Shown here: positions 32,869 through 46,608 of the stretch, one piece after another
Numbering within the stretch: position 1 is the stretch's first letter
Layout: the number at the start of each line of letters is the position of its first letter
Source: Chromera velia
Lineage: Eukaryota
Assembly: GCA_018398765.1 (NCBI GenBank)
Contig: JAHBMJ010000268.1
Location: forward strand, 1 to 52,224
Direction of reading: 5' to 3'
DNA: 52,224 bases
Position numbers and translations under genes: made by a program
The notes under the pieces: generated by a model
Database searches by the model: none
Seen by the model: only the letters and a program-made list of their open reading frames with translations
Told to the model about the DNA's origin: nothing

Positions 32869-35800
32869 GACAAGAGGCAGATGGAGAGGAACAGAAAATG
32901 GAGCGAAACGCGACGCTGGACAGGCAGTCGCACGTTGTGAGTCTGGAAAGAAGTCGTGTCGATCAGTCTCTTCAGGCCTTTCCTTCTCTCTTCTCTCTCT
33001 GCGAGACGACGCACGGAAAGAAGCACACAGACACGCACACATGAGCAGGCGCGCGTATGCACAACAGATAGAGGCAGGCAGAGACGGAAAAACCAGCAAA
33101 TGGAAAAGAAAGAAAGAAAGACAGGGGCCTAGTGCCGGCTTAATGAAGCCCCCAGGCAGAGAGAAAACGAATGAGGCAAAACAGCTGACCGATAGTAAGA
33201 GCACTTGTACATCAGAGAGTTCAGAAGAGCGGGGGCTCCGTTCTTTCCTATCGAGTACTGCAGGCAACCAGCGCATGCATGCAGTCACGCTAGTGAGGGA
33301 GGAGAGCGATTGAGGAAGGGGATGGGGGCGCGGAGTGGCAAGACGCTTCCGGGAGATGGTGGGTGAACTATCGAAGGAAGACCAGGAAAGAATAGCGCAG
33401 GAAGGAGCACAAGAAGGTGGGGAGGAAATAGGGCGAAGAAGCGACAAAACGAATGAATGAAAGGAGAGGCCCCCCCTGACCGCATCATGCTGGCTGCCTG
33501 TCTGTTTGACTGACTGACTTGTCCTCTTTGATTGTAATAGTCTTTTTCCTGGATTCGTGGGAAGACACCACTCGCAATTCTGCAGAAAGATACAAGTGCA
33601 CAAAACAGAGAAGGGGCAGGAGGAAGGTCAGGTCGATTCTTAACTGAGGTCTTTTCATTCAACGTTATGTTCGTGGTCTTGTTCATGCCTTCCTGTCTCT
33701 CACACACAAAAATCGGGGGGAACTGCCTTTCTCTCAGGATCCAGCCTTCGGCATGCAAAGAGTTTGCACCAGTGTTCTTTCTTCCCTCCCGGAAAGGAAT
33801 AGATATGAGGAGGTGAACATGGAACTGCACCGCCCCACCGACAGATCGACAGAAAGGCTCATTTGCCTACGTGTTTGTTCTTATCAAGAGGGATACACAG
33901 AGACAAGATAGAAACACAAACAGGCTTCCAGACAGACAGACATACAGGCAAGTCAGACACCCCAGACAGACTGACCGAATCATCCAGAGAAACTTGTTGA
34001 TGTCGTCACTGTTGTATCTGCAGGAGTGAGAAAGGACCCATCAAGGAAGGAAGGAAGGAAGGAAGGGGGCAATGTGGGTACAGAGGGGCGAGAGGAAGGA
34101 AGAACGGGAAGGTGACTAGTGGAAGGAGAAGAAGAAGGCATGGGGGAAGACACAAGCACTACATTCAATCAAACAAACACCTTCGGAAATGACGTGGCTG
34201 GCTCAAGATAAAACCCAACAACATTTTGTTGATGTGACCTGAGAAAGAATGAACGAAAGGATAGAAAGAGGCTGTGTCCGTCCAACTGCTTGAAAAGAAA
34301 AGAAGAAAGACTTCGAATGGAATGGGGGGAGGGAGATGCCTGTCAACTCCTTTTCTCTCTCCGGTACGCCGCGTGATTCCGCCCGGCCACCCACTCATCC
34401 CTCTTCCTCTTCCCTCCCTCGGCATTCCTTTTTCCGACTCTTCACCGTTATGTAGAGACAAAAAGGAAAACGCACACAGGTTTAAATGGACCCCCCTCCC
34501 CCTTCCGACCTTGCAACCCCTCCAAAGATCACCTGCAACAAACATTCACACATGCACTTACATACACACACACACACACACACACACAGACACACACACA
34601 CACACATACACACACACACTCACACACTCAAAGATCGGCAGACGCATACATACAACACGCAGAAGCACATCAAAAGGTAGAAAAAAAAGGATAAATCTGA
34701 GGAGAGGGATACAGAAGGGGACCATCCCGTCGTCTGAATGACCAGAAAATATGAAGGAAGGAAAACAAAGCGAGGGAAGCTCTCTGTCTCCCCTTCTTGC
34801 GCAGTTGGACAGACAACAAACGGTCTCTCTTGCCAAACGATTGATTGACCACATCTGCGTCTGACCGATCTCATGGCTCACCAACCGCTCGACCAAGCAC
34901 CCGACTGACCAAGACGTAATCGACGTCCAGTTTCAGCAAAATCGGGTAGGCGTCGTCCTCTGTCGACGCAAAAGCCTGAGGACATGCGCATGCACGAACA
35001 CAGGCTCCACTGCAACGCTCAGCCATGCCAGTTATGGTCGTCAAGCTCCGCATCCCCCCACTAGCTCTCTGTCCTTGGAACGTCAGTGGACACAGGTTAG
35101 GGCAGAATGCCGCACGTTGACGCTTCTCCTTCAACGCAAAGCTCATTGAAGAGAAGAAAACAAACCGCAGAAGCCAGGCCTTTGCTCAGAAGGCAAACAG
35201 AAGCAACAGTTAAAGACAACTTCCTGATGTGAGGCCAGATTGAGTGATGACAGACAATTCAACAACAGAGGAGTGGCCATCGCAATCTCAAACGACATAA
35301 AGGCGGAAGAAATCGAAAAGTTGTCTTCAAGCCGCCTCTAGACTGCATAATCAATCACCCGGCCATTTGCGAGGTGTTAACTGACCAGTCCCACCGTCGC
35401 GATATGCGAATTGTTCCATGTGTTGTTGTCTACCAAGACGGTCCTGTTGGACATCGCCGTCAGTTGGTACCCATAGTCCCACCTGCATGTATGGATTCAT
35501 TTTCTGTATGAGAAAAAAATCTGTATGGAAAAGAATTCTGTATGGAAAAGAATTCTGTGTGTGTGTTGGTACCCATAGTCCCACCTGCAGGCATCAAAGC
35601 GGTCCCCGGAAGAAAGGAAAAGTTGGGAGGGAAAACCAGAAGAAACAGAAGAAAGCCACCTGGTCGGGATGCTGCGCACAACTGGCCAGACAGACGCGTT
35701 TGACGCCAACATCCGTGTGAATCTCGTGCCTGGAGTTTGATTTGAGCACAAGTACAGATGAGGGAAGAAGTGGAAAGGGCATTCATTTCTCTCCTGCACC

Positions 35801-38800
35801 TACGATTTCCTGCCATCACATCCCCACAGACCTCCCAACCAACAAATCAACGAAGGAAAAAAAAAAAAAACACACAGGAGAGAAGACGGGGGGAGGTATG
35901 CGCTTAAGCAACCAGCCAACCAACCGACCGACCGACAGAAAAACAAACAAACCGACTGACTGACTGACCAGCTCATGACCCGAGATTTGGGTGCTGTGTT
36001 CTTCCTCAGCCAGTAGTACCCCTCTCTGAAGTCGTCCTGGATCACCCGTGTCCCATCCCTCATCCTCGAAGCTGCAGGCACACTTTCCAACCAACAAGCA
36101 AGCATCATTGTTTGCTCATGTGATCTGCTGAATGCATATGATCGCACTCCAGCAACAGTGAATACAGGAAGTATCCGCACTCTTCTCGATTCTGAAAGAA
36201 GAGATATTGAAGGGACGGACGCCAGGACAGCGAGAGTGAGCGCTGGATCGCTGTGCGGTGCACAAAAGAGAAAACGAGCGTTTAACACCGACTGACTGCA
36301 CGGACGGACAGCCTGATAGATAGGGATATGCAAAGTCCATTTGGCTGATCGGCTCACTTGTCGAACAGACGAACAGTGGCAGAGGAGAAGTGGAACAACT
36401 GCTTCCTTCTCCCTTCAAGCTGGAAGGAAGGCTGAAAGAAGGAAAGAGTGCTGAAGAGAAAAAACAGGACGGGGAAGCCAAAGAAAGAACAGAAGGAGAG
36501 AGAACTTCGTTGAAACTTCTTTCACACCCTCCTGTGTTGGTCTCTCTCTCCCACCCCCTGAAGGACCGACCGAGCACAATGGAGGGATGTGAGTAGGCGA
36601 CAGAAGACGTCCAGGTCGCATGGACGATGTACTGAGGGAAGGGAAGGAGAGGAGAGGGGAACAGAGACGGAAAAAGGAAACACAAAATAATGAGCTGAGG
36701 GGCTGAAGGTCGAGTTGCCAGGCAGTTTTGTGGACACAGAAAGAGATGGGGGAAGGCTGGGGGGAATAAGAAAAATGGAGCAGTATTGGAGTTATCAAGA
36801 AGGAGCCAGAGGGTGACAACGCCTTAGAGGGAGGGACGAAGAAAGCGAAGGAGACGTCAAGACGCCTTCTCCTAGCTTCTTCTCATGCACAAACCTGAAT
36901 CGCATAGAAGAGAAGGACCCCAATCATCACCATGCACAAACCTGAATCGCATAGAAGAGAAGGACCCCAATCATCACTCATGCACAAACCTGAATCGCAT
37001 AGAAGAGAAGGACCCCAATCATCACCAGCACCAGGGCTCTGTTCAGCCTCTTCGTTTCAGGACCTCCCTTCTGCAAGCAAGCAAGCAATGAGTCAATGGA
37101 CCCACCCGTTAGACGACAAACGACGATGCGAGAACAGCACGCAAACTCGCGAACAGAAACATGACCCAGAGAGTGAGGAACGAACACTCCCTCGAGAAGG
37201 TTGCGAGACGGCATAAAGACGCAAATGCAAAAGAAAGAGAGAAGGGGAAAACAGATGCTCGAGTAGATGGATCCTTGGAAAAACGTTCACAGGGTTGCTC
37301 GCGACTAAAGAGAAGGATGCACAGAGAGAGGAAGCACAGACACCGACCGACCCCCTTTCCTCCGCCGCCTGTTCCCCCTGCGCCAGCGTCACTCTCACGC
37401 CTTCTGTCGACAACCCACCGGTCTGCCATTGAAGGAGACCTGCATGGATGCATCCAGAAAAATGGGAAGATCCAAATCAAACGGAGACAAACCCAAACGA
37501 CGGAAGTGGAATGGAGTAGCAAGATCCGACGAGGAAAAAACCAACCAGAACGATCCAAGAGAAACCAAAACAAAAAACACAAGCCGGCACAAAGCAAAGC
37601 AAAGCATCCGAAGAGGGTTCCCTGCCGGCTTGCGAGAATGGAAGCTGACACACAAACAGACACACAGACACAGAAAGAGAGAGGTAGAGAGAACGGGAGC
37701 GAGAGAGAGATCTTTTAGTCTTTCCTTGCTCATTGGCTCCCCGTCGAGGCACCTTTGCCTGTTCCCCCCCCCCCCCNNNNNNNNNNNNNNNNNNNNNNNN
37801 NNNNNNNNNNNNNNNNNNNNNNNNNNNNNNNNNNNNNNNNNNNNNNCCCCCTTCCTTACAAACCGACCTGAGATAGGAGCAGAGAGCCGAGAGTGCGTAC
37901 GAGAGGCCTATGCCGCCAAGCACCGCCATGGCGGGAGCAACGACAAGCATCAAACGGATCATCACAGCTGCATGGATGTATCGGCAAAAGAGAAAAAACG
38001 AGAACGTGGACAGTCAAAACTGAACTTTTGCAAAATTCAACTAAACAAGAAAAGAACCGGAATGAGAGACCGTCTCCCATCGGAGCAGTGACCCTCTGAG
38101 AGTGCCTGCGGGGGGAGTCACAGAAGCTCGCGTCCTCTACCAGCATGCTAGTTTGAATATGGACAAACAAATTCAATCTGCTTCAAAACACGAGGGAGGT
38201 ACACAGGCCCAGGAGCTTTGCGCTGCCTTTTCATCGACTTCCCAAACAGACACTGAAAAGAAAGGAAAAGAAAAGAAGCGTGAAAGCCAAGCGAGGGTAG
38301 CAAAGCGGAAGAACAGCTCAAGAGAGCACAGAAAAAAAAAAATCCCCATCCACCTACCCACCCGAAAAGTACACCGCAAGGACCCCGTAGAGCCCCGCAA
38401 AGAGGGACCCGTCAGTCTTCTCCTTGAAGCACAGCCACATGCCCACCGGAGCCAGGAAAACAAGAATGTGAAGATCCAGAATATAAGCACTCCTGCATGT
38501 ATTCAGCACAAAAAAGAGGATTGTAACCAGAATTCACTTTTGCACTAAAAATAAAAATGAGGCTGTAGGTGGAAACGAGCAAAGCAATGGGGAGAGAAAA
38601 AAGGAGCGTGATAGAAGGGCAGAAAGGTCAAGAGACAGATCACGTAAAAATTCAGGTTCTTGGACAGAGCAATGGCCATGCAGTTTGCCAGCCAGCCACC
38701 CTACATCTCTCCAGACAAACAGGCAGATAGGCAAGTAGGGAGGCCAGCGTAACTGCTCAAAGTCTACCTCGACACGAACACAAAAAGGTGGACAAGCGAC

Positions 38801-41800
38801 TTGCACGCAGCAGAAGGCCATGTGGCCGTCCTGTCTTCCGGAACGGCTCAGAGGTGAAGCAACCGCACACACAAATAAATACACGCATGCACGGACTGAC
38901 GGACCGACCATGTGGTAGGCTGATGTTCCGACACCGACGCGATGATCGGCACGTGTCTGCACCAGGTGTAAATAAAAAATTCATCACAGACTTATACAAG
39001 TGTCCGAAGAGAGTGAGAACATCACAAACAGAAAGAATAATAGAAAGTGAAAGGGCAAGAAGGGATAGAAACACGAAAAAAAGGGGGGGGGGGGAGTTGA
39101 ACGAACAATGGTATGCACTGGACAGAACAAAAGGCGGCCTGTGCCCATTCTCTCGTCTTACCCATCGTCCGGTCCCATGCATGCAGAAATTCTCTCTCTC
39201 TCTCTCTCTCTCTCTGTTTCCTCTATCCGGCATTCGCGTCTCAGTAGCCGGCTTTTGTACACCTGTCTCTATATCAACCAATGCTCAATGACGAATCACT
39301 TCACTTGACTTGTTTTTCCTTACACTCACTCACTCACTCACTCACTCACTGACTCACTTTGCGGCATAGGAAGGGTCCAGTAGGGTCATGGAGCGACCCG
39401 ACCACCGTGTGCGGCCCTGCACAGGAAAGAAGGAAGGAAGTGCAGCAGAGTCAGCAGGCACGCAGGTAGTCTATCAAATGCACGCAGAAGTAAATCTTTT
39501 CTTCTTCAGAGGATGAAGAACGAAGACACACAGAGAAAGGCCGCACTGGTGTCCAGCCTTCCAACTCCTTTACCTCGCTCTGCTACTGAGCGACCGACCA
39601 ACCGACTCACCGTGACAGAGAGAAATGCGAAGAGTGTGAGGAAAGCGACGATGACCGCGAACAGGGCAGCCATCAGGAGGCGGTTCAGCGTCTCTCTCGG
39701 CACCAGTTTCTGGAGGTACTCCCTCAGCACCACAGCCTGGAGGCAGGCAGGCAGGCAGGCAGGACAGAAAAGAAAGAGAATTACGAGAAGAGAAAGAGCA
39801 AGAAGCACACAAGAGAGAGAGAGAGAGAAAGAGAGAGACAGAGAGAACAGAGGACCTGAGAAAGAGTAGGGGTCCGAGCAGAGGGGGAGAAAAGCCATCA
39901 AGATGTATCGAAAGCTTTCAGTCTCTGTCAATTTCTTTTTCCTTACAGGTGCTTCGGCAACGCAGAGAGGCAAACAAGACTTCTCCTTCTCTAGTCTTCT
40001 CGACTGACTGACAGACATTCACAAGGACAAACATCCCATGAGAGGCCATGTGTTCACTCGAGTGGATGGCTGCAGCGCAAGAAAGAAAAAAAAGCACAAA
40101 ATGAAAAATGCAACTGCCATGGACAAATCGACAATACAGGTGCGCATGGAGAGACGAATATTCCCCCGCCACGGAGGAAAGGACGTGAACAAGCGACGAA
40201 GGCGAAAGGGACAAAGGTCAAGAGAGGAAGAAACGAGAGCACAGAGTCACTTGAATGAACCACAATTTCTGTGGCTCTGTGTGCCTGTCTGACCATACAT
40301 ATATGTATGTGTGCTTGTGTGTGTATCTGAGCGAGAAAAGGGAACACAGGTGCCATCCTTGCCCTGTTCACGCCCCCCTTCTCTCTCAGCCCCTCCCCCA
40401 GCCCCCCCCAAAGAGAAAAGAAGAGAAGAGACCCATGCGCCCACCTACCCACCAGCGAAGTGCACGAATGGAATGTTCAGACACAGAAGCGTCCCCAGCA
40501 CATAGTACACAGTGTACACCTGCATTCATTCATCCATTCATTCATTCATTCATTCATTCATTCGAATGGGCAGGCAGACAGGAACACACGCAAACTGAAC
40601 GGACCATCTTCAGAAATTGAATCTTTCTCCTTACAAAGACGACACAAATGGGCGAAACGGAGAGGACGACTCGAGATGGGCAATCAATAGACAAGAAGGA
40701 AAAAAGAGAGGGCCCGTTCTTTTCTTTTCTTTCGGACTGGATTCCCTTCCCCTTCCTTTCTCACATTGACGCACGCACCCACGAATGCAAAGGAAGAGAG
40801 GAAAAGAGACGGAGTGGAGATGAAATGAAATCGCCCCCCAGGCCATTACAAGAAAAAGTTGACGGGGCTCCGGAGAGAGAAAATGAAAAGCATGAGAAAA
40901 TCGACTGCTGTTAAAAACACGCGACCAGAGGCAAGACACAAGCGAGAAAGGCAACGGAGAGATAAACAAAATGAGGCACGGAGAGAAGAAGACACAGGAA
41001 AAAGTGGAACGCAGGCAGAGCTCTGTGTGCAGTCGAACAGACAGACAGGCAGACAGGCTAACCACATAGTGTCGAAGAGTGAGTCTGCCGAGAACGACCA
41101 GTGCAAGGATGTAGATGGACACAACGTTGATGATGAACACGTACCCTCCCCAAGCAGACACCTGCAGGCAGGCAGGCAGGAAGGCATCTCGGAAGAGCAG
41201 GAATCAACATTCACCCACTTTCGGGCACACACACGTGCTTGCGCAAGCTCCTGACACGACCCATCGAAAAGATGATATCCAGTAAGGCTGACGGATATAT
41301 ACAGGAACATAGAGAGCAAGACAAAGAAAGAGGCTGACACTAATCCCCACGTACGCACATACGGCCTCTCCAGATTCACCGGTCGACTCGTGTACGCATG
41401 ATGCGCAGACAGTCTCATTCACAAGAAGCCCATCAAACAAACAAACCGACCATGTAGAAGTAAGCGAGGGACGCAATCGCAGCAGAGAGGATCGTCCCGC
41501 TGTGCACTGCCCTGACGAAGGTGTAGAACGCAAACACTAGGGCGAAGATCGCGACTCCTTCATTGTCGTAGGATCCAGCGACGCTCCTGTCATGATGGTG
41601 AGTGAAGGCACAGACCGAGACGAGAAGTGAGGAGGCAAATGTGAGAGGGCGCACGGAAGAAGTTGGGCCGGCTGAGGAAGAATACTGTGAGTCTTGCGTG
41701 TTCGTGTTCTCCCTCTCGCGCCTCTTTTCTCTCAAAAACGCAGCCATTCATGCAGCCTTTGCCTCCTTTGTCTCAACCAAACGATCCCTTCTCGTCAAGA

Positions 41801-42957
41801 ACGCACTAACACGCAACACTACTCAAAACACCCACAAAAAAACAAGAAGAGCGGGAGATATTCCTCAGGGCGAGACTTGTCTGTTTACACATGTCCTTCC
41901 AACCGAAAGAGAGCACACCGTGTCTCCAAAACAATGCATGGATGAATGTACACTAAGTAGGTAAGTGCGCAAACCAACCTGGAGAGATACGAGGGGACGA
42001 TTCCGACGAATACCGCAGCGAAGAGTCCCGCCTCCGGTCTGCCAGAGACCTCTCGGGCCATCAGGTATCCTGCAGGATCGGGCACATTCATTCAAACAAT
42101 CAGTATGGGCCTAGGCAAGCGATGCGCAAAACGTCAGTTAGAGGAATGGTGCCTGGGCACACGCATACCCGAAGAACAAGGAAACAAGGAGAAAGGCCCT
42201 CAGAAAGGCCACACAAGAAAAAAGGGGCCAGCACTCACTCAGAAACATCCTTCAGTGAAGCGCTAGATGCAAGAGGGACCAGCAAGGGCTTTTGTGTTGC
42301 GACAAAAAAAGGAGAGGGTGCCGGAAGATGCAGAGAGAAATTCAACGCAATGAGGCCTGTGAAGAAACAGCGAAAGAAGATGAAGAGGGGGAACGTAAGG
42401 AGTGCATTGGGTGGAAGGAGCGTACACAGCAGACAGGTCAGGAAGAAATCACCCGAGGCAAACAAAGAGATTGCGTTCGCGCAAATTCCCTGTCGCATGC
42501 CCAATTCCCCCTCTGACCAACCTGCGAGAGCAGCCAGGCCACTGAATAGAGGTGCAAGGAACACGCAAATGTCCCTGATATCGATCACGAAACCGCAGTA
42601 CCTCAGCGTGTTGAACAGGATCGCGCTTGTTGTCATCAGCCCAGGATACAAGGTCTGTCCGACCACTCTTCCAAGTGGGTACCAGGATTCGTCATCGAAC
42701 CAGTTCCAGAACTCATAGAATCCTTCTTTGGACAAGAATTGGGTCGTTCGGTAGTTGAAGTAAGGATCAAATTCGTGAATCACAGACTCAAAACGGATGA
42801 CAGCAAATAGACGAATGCCAAATGACAAAAGACAAATCAAAAACAGAATTGAATATTCAAGTACAGGCGCCCATCTCCGTGCGGTCTTCTGCACCCCCCT
42901 CATCAGGGAGTTCTCCACAAAGATCCCCACCGCCGAATCCAAAAACTTTGCCTCCAT
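31669..42957 (-). CDS. STT3: Oligosaccharyltransferase catalytic subunit STT3, 737 aa (24 exons)
   Basis: Exons 42957-42522, 42069-41979, 41586-41451, 41161-41063, 40519-40453, 40069-40017, 39736-39611, 39416-39358, 38956-38909, 38492-38362, 37967-37868, 37439-37352, 37070-36990, 36631-36571, 36071-35969, 35482-35386, 34975-34910, 34532-34510, 34017-33976, 33579-33519, 33257-33190, 32790-32755, 32295-32208, 31722-31669 sum to 2214 nt in frame. Motifs [47 protein letters not shown]. Confidence 0.97.
35463..35589. repeat. 25 bp direct repeat duplicating the acceptor and start of the STT3 WWDYG exon
   Basis: gttggtacccatagtcccacctgca at 35463-35487 and 35565-35589, separated by a short (ctgtatggaaaagaatt)-type repeat. 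Confidence 0.92.
36885..37026. repeat. Triplicated 47-48 bp unit spanning an STT3 exon end and splice donor
   Basis: atgcacaaacctgaatcgcatagaagagaaggaccccaatcatcac at 36885, 36932 and 36980. Confidence 0.95.
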
Positions 42958-43538
42958 CGTGATCTTGCTTTGACAGGACCTCAGGAGGTGTAAAGAGGGC
43001 CGGCGAGGTAGAGTTCAACTCGATCGGCGAGAGTCAGAGAACAGGTGGGTATTTTGCACGAGATTGAAGTGGAAGGATAATTTATTTCCCTTCGCACTCT
43101 TGTACTTCCGAGTAGAGCTTTATTTTCTGGCCCCTAGTTCAGGACGAGTGAGCCTGCACAAAGAAGCCCAGGCGCTTACCCTTTTTGTTTCCTTGAATTC
43201 TGGAAATTTCGAGCCAAACAGTTTTTCCGCACAGGCCGCACACCCAGCTGCTGGCCAGACCAGAGAGGCGACCGACTTGGATCCAGAAGAGACGGACGGG
43301 GAGTCTGGACAAAACTCTGAACCGCCGGTCAAAGAGTTCCCAGGGACCACTGGCGCAAGCACTCTGGCATCACGAGGGCTATGACGAGAAAAGGTGCCCT
43401 AGCAAACCATCCACACACACAGCAACAAATTCAGATGAGTGTAAACTATGGCTTTCCAGTGTCAAAAACCTGACTGGACACAGAATCCATAGCAGCGTCT
43501 CCACGCGAAAATCCAGAAGTTTCAGGACCGATTTTTCG

Positions 43539-43665
43539 GGTGAAATTCATGCACCGAATTGGTGAAATGAATTCACCGAATTTGGTGAAATTCACCGATT
43601 TGGTGAAAAAATTCACCGAATCGGCGAATCATTTGGTGAAATTCACCGATTTGGTGAAATTCACA
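43539..43665. repeat. Array of six GGTGAA-n-TTCACC palindromes in the STT3/SSS divergent intergenic region
   Basis: Unit tttggtgaaattcaccga and variants, with roughly 18-30 bp spacing. Confidence 0.9.
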
Positions 43666-44003
43666 TTAAGCGGTTTCACTTTCCGTCAGGCTGCGCGTGT
43701 CTTTCGGGACCGCGAACGTACGGTCAACCTGACATGGTCACAGCGATCGTTCAAAGCGAAAAAGACTTTCATTATCCTTCCCTTCACCTGACACTCCGCA
43801 TCTGTTGATGTACTATACAGCGTGCTGAAATGACAGTGACCATACTTGCATCATGCTCCGAGATGCGTCCAGAGAGCGAGCTCTAGCTGAAAGTATTTCA
43901 TTGCTGTAGAGGCTTCCGGAACGGCTGTGCTGTGCTGGCTGTGGTTGAGGGGGGACAAGTTTTCATCTGATCCGTTCTCGTTTGCTGTCACAGGAAAAGA
44001 ACG

Positions 44004-46608
44004 ATGGTGATGAATTTCTCGGCGCTTGACTACGGCGTCTTTGCCGTTGTGGCAGTCGCCTTCGCGGTGACCATCTGGCTCTCTGCTCGGAACAGGGCAA
44101 AGGCAGTGACCACCGACGAGTATTTTCTCACGTGCCGCTCGATGACCTGGTGGACAATCGGATTTTCGCTCTATGCGAGGTGAGTGGGATGAGTGAGCTT
44201 TCCCTTTTGTTGCCTGATGTACTGAGCACGTGTATGGTACCTGTAGACAGCTCCCTGCAGTTGCTGGTGAGATTTTTCACTCCATTCTCTTCCCGTCTCC
44301 GAATTTCCTTCACTTCTTTGTGTTCTCTGCGTTGCGCTTGTGTCGTGTTTGTGTTTGCAGCAACATTGGAACAGAGCACCTGGTCGGACAAGCAGGGGCG
44401 GCAGCGGGGACGGGCCTCGGAGTTGCTTCGTATGAGATTGCCGCAGGGACCTTCGTGGTTCTCTTGGGCTTCCTCTACTACCCTGTGTACAGAGCGGCAA
44501 ATGTGTCGACAGTCCCCGAATACTTTGAGAAGAGGTTCAACCCTCTGTGTCGGTATCTGCTGGTTGTGTACTCCCTTGTATCATGGGTCATGGTTCGTGT
44601 GGCCGCCCCTCTATTCGGGGCATCGGTGATCTTTGATGTGATTCTAAAAATGGATATGTGGGTTTCCTCGGTGGTGGTCGTTGTGGTCACAGTAGCGTAC
44701 GGAATCTTTGGGGGCCTTGCGGCCGTTATGTATACCGACGTTCTGCAGGCTGGTATCTTCACCACCGCAGGACTGGTGGGCATGTTTGTGGTATACAGAG
44801 TGTTCCCTGGAGGCCTGTCTGAGCTTCAGGGGACACTCGCGTCTGCAGGGCAAACAGAGTTTTTTGACATCTTGAGGCCGTGGGACGACAAGACGTACCC
44901 ATGGACAGGCCTCATTTTCGGATCTGCGTTTGTGTCAACTTGGTATTGGAATGCCGACCAAGTGATGGTCCAAAGGGTTCTAGCATCCCGGTCTCTTTTC
45001 GATGCTCAGACAGGGGTGATTGTCGGGGCGTTGTTGAAGACTGTGACGGTGTTTGCTATTCATTTCCCGGGCATGGCCGCGAGAGCATTGTATGAGACGT
45101 GTGTGCATAGTGAGGGATCGATGTTTGAGGAGTGGTGCACTCCGTCGCTTGCAGGGGGTAGTGGGGTGAACAAGGCTTACCCCCTGCTTGTAGCTCGGCA
45201 TTTCCCTAGTGGTCTGCTCGGTCTTGTGGTTTGTGGTTGGATAGCAGCATTGATGTCCTCTCTGGATTCAGTGCTGAATTCGTCCGCTCATCTGGTAGCA
45301 CATGATTTCTGGAAGAGGACAGTACGGCGGTCTGCGTCTGATAGAGAATTGATGTGGGTGGGGAGGATTACAGTACTGCTGGTGGCGGCAGTAGCTCTCG
45401 GGTGGCTTCCCATGATTGTTGCAGGGGGGGGGGCGTTTTATCTCTTTACTCAGAATGCCATGAGTCATGTAGCACCTGCAGTAGGGGCGGTGCTTCTCCT
45501 TGCCGTGCTTGTTCCTTGTAGGCGATGGTCTAATGGGGCGGGTGCGGTGGGGGGTCTTTTGTTTGGTCTTGTGTTTGGGATTTGCCGGTTTGTCGTTCAC
45601 GTGGCCGCAAAAGACAAGTGCGAGGCCATGATAGTAGACAACCGAATTAAAGGGCCCCTTTTTGAATGCATGAACTTCAATAACTTTGCTCTCTTTTCTG
45701 GACTTTTGTCGATCCTTGTGACAGTATTGATTTCCGTGAGTGTCGACTTGATTCCCTGTATCCCAGAGAGACTCCGAGAGAGGCTCCGGGGAGGTGAACC
45801 GGGCCTCGATGGTTTAACGATTTGGAGTGCCAAGCTTTCGCAAATGGATTCGGAGGATGCGGTAGCTGCGGCTACAAGGAAGGAGCGGAAAGAGAAGGAA
45901 AAAGAAGAAAGGGAAGAGAAGAAGAAAAACCTGGGGGGTGATGGGGAGGGAAAGGAGACAGAGGATGACGTTGAAATGGGGGGAATGCGGGGAGAAGAAG
46001 GAGAAGAAGAAGAAAGACGCGAAGATGCGTTAGAAAACGCAAACAGAGCGGAAGAGGGGGGCAACAGCGATATCCCTCCTCCTCTTCTCTTCGTTCAGTC
46101 TTCCCCCTCCTCTCTTTCCTTTCCGCCCTCCCCCGACACCCCTCCCCCTCCGACCGCCGCAGACACAGACTCCAACACACACAACCTCGCCCCTCCCCAA
46201 CAAGTCAATGAAGACCAGCAACCGTCTCCCATTGATAGCATGATTGCCGCATCACCCATCTCTCTGAATAAGAAGCGTGAACAGTCTGACGGCGCGACGC
46301 TGTGGCGGGGTAGGTCGAGTTGCGAGACGGAGGCCGAGGAGGGTCGTGCGGCTGAGAGAGAGAGGGAGATGCAGCTTGCAGCAGACAAGGGGGGAATGAA
46401 GAGTCTGTCGGAGGAGAAGGAAGGGACGGAAGAAGTCGTTGGGATTGAAGGGGGGGGGGCGGAAAAGAGACAGAGGCTCACACGTCGCATCTTGTTGGGT
46501 GCTGCGATTGTCGTTGTCCTCTCTCGATTTGCGCTCCTGTTCACTTTCAACACCTGGGCAGCATTTCCTCTCGACGACGTGGGGGCACCAATTTGGGAAG
46601 AGCAGTAG
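44004..46608 (+). CDS. Sodium:solute symporter (SSS/SLC5, SGLT-like), 807 aa (2 exons)
   Basis: Exons 44004-44179 and 44361-46608. Motifs [85 protein letters not shown]; many transmembrane segments and a long acidic loop before a final TM helix. Confidence 0.95.

Noticed and set aside
36885..43665. CRISPR-like appearance of the short repeat arrays at 36885-37026 and 43539-43665
   Set aside because: No unique spacers, no cas genes, eukaryotic context.
44230..44360. N-terminus of the 792 aa ORF in the track (MYGTCRQ...)
   Set aside because: Lies within the 44180-44360 intron; the SSS-like N-terminus comes from the exon starting at 44004.
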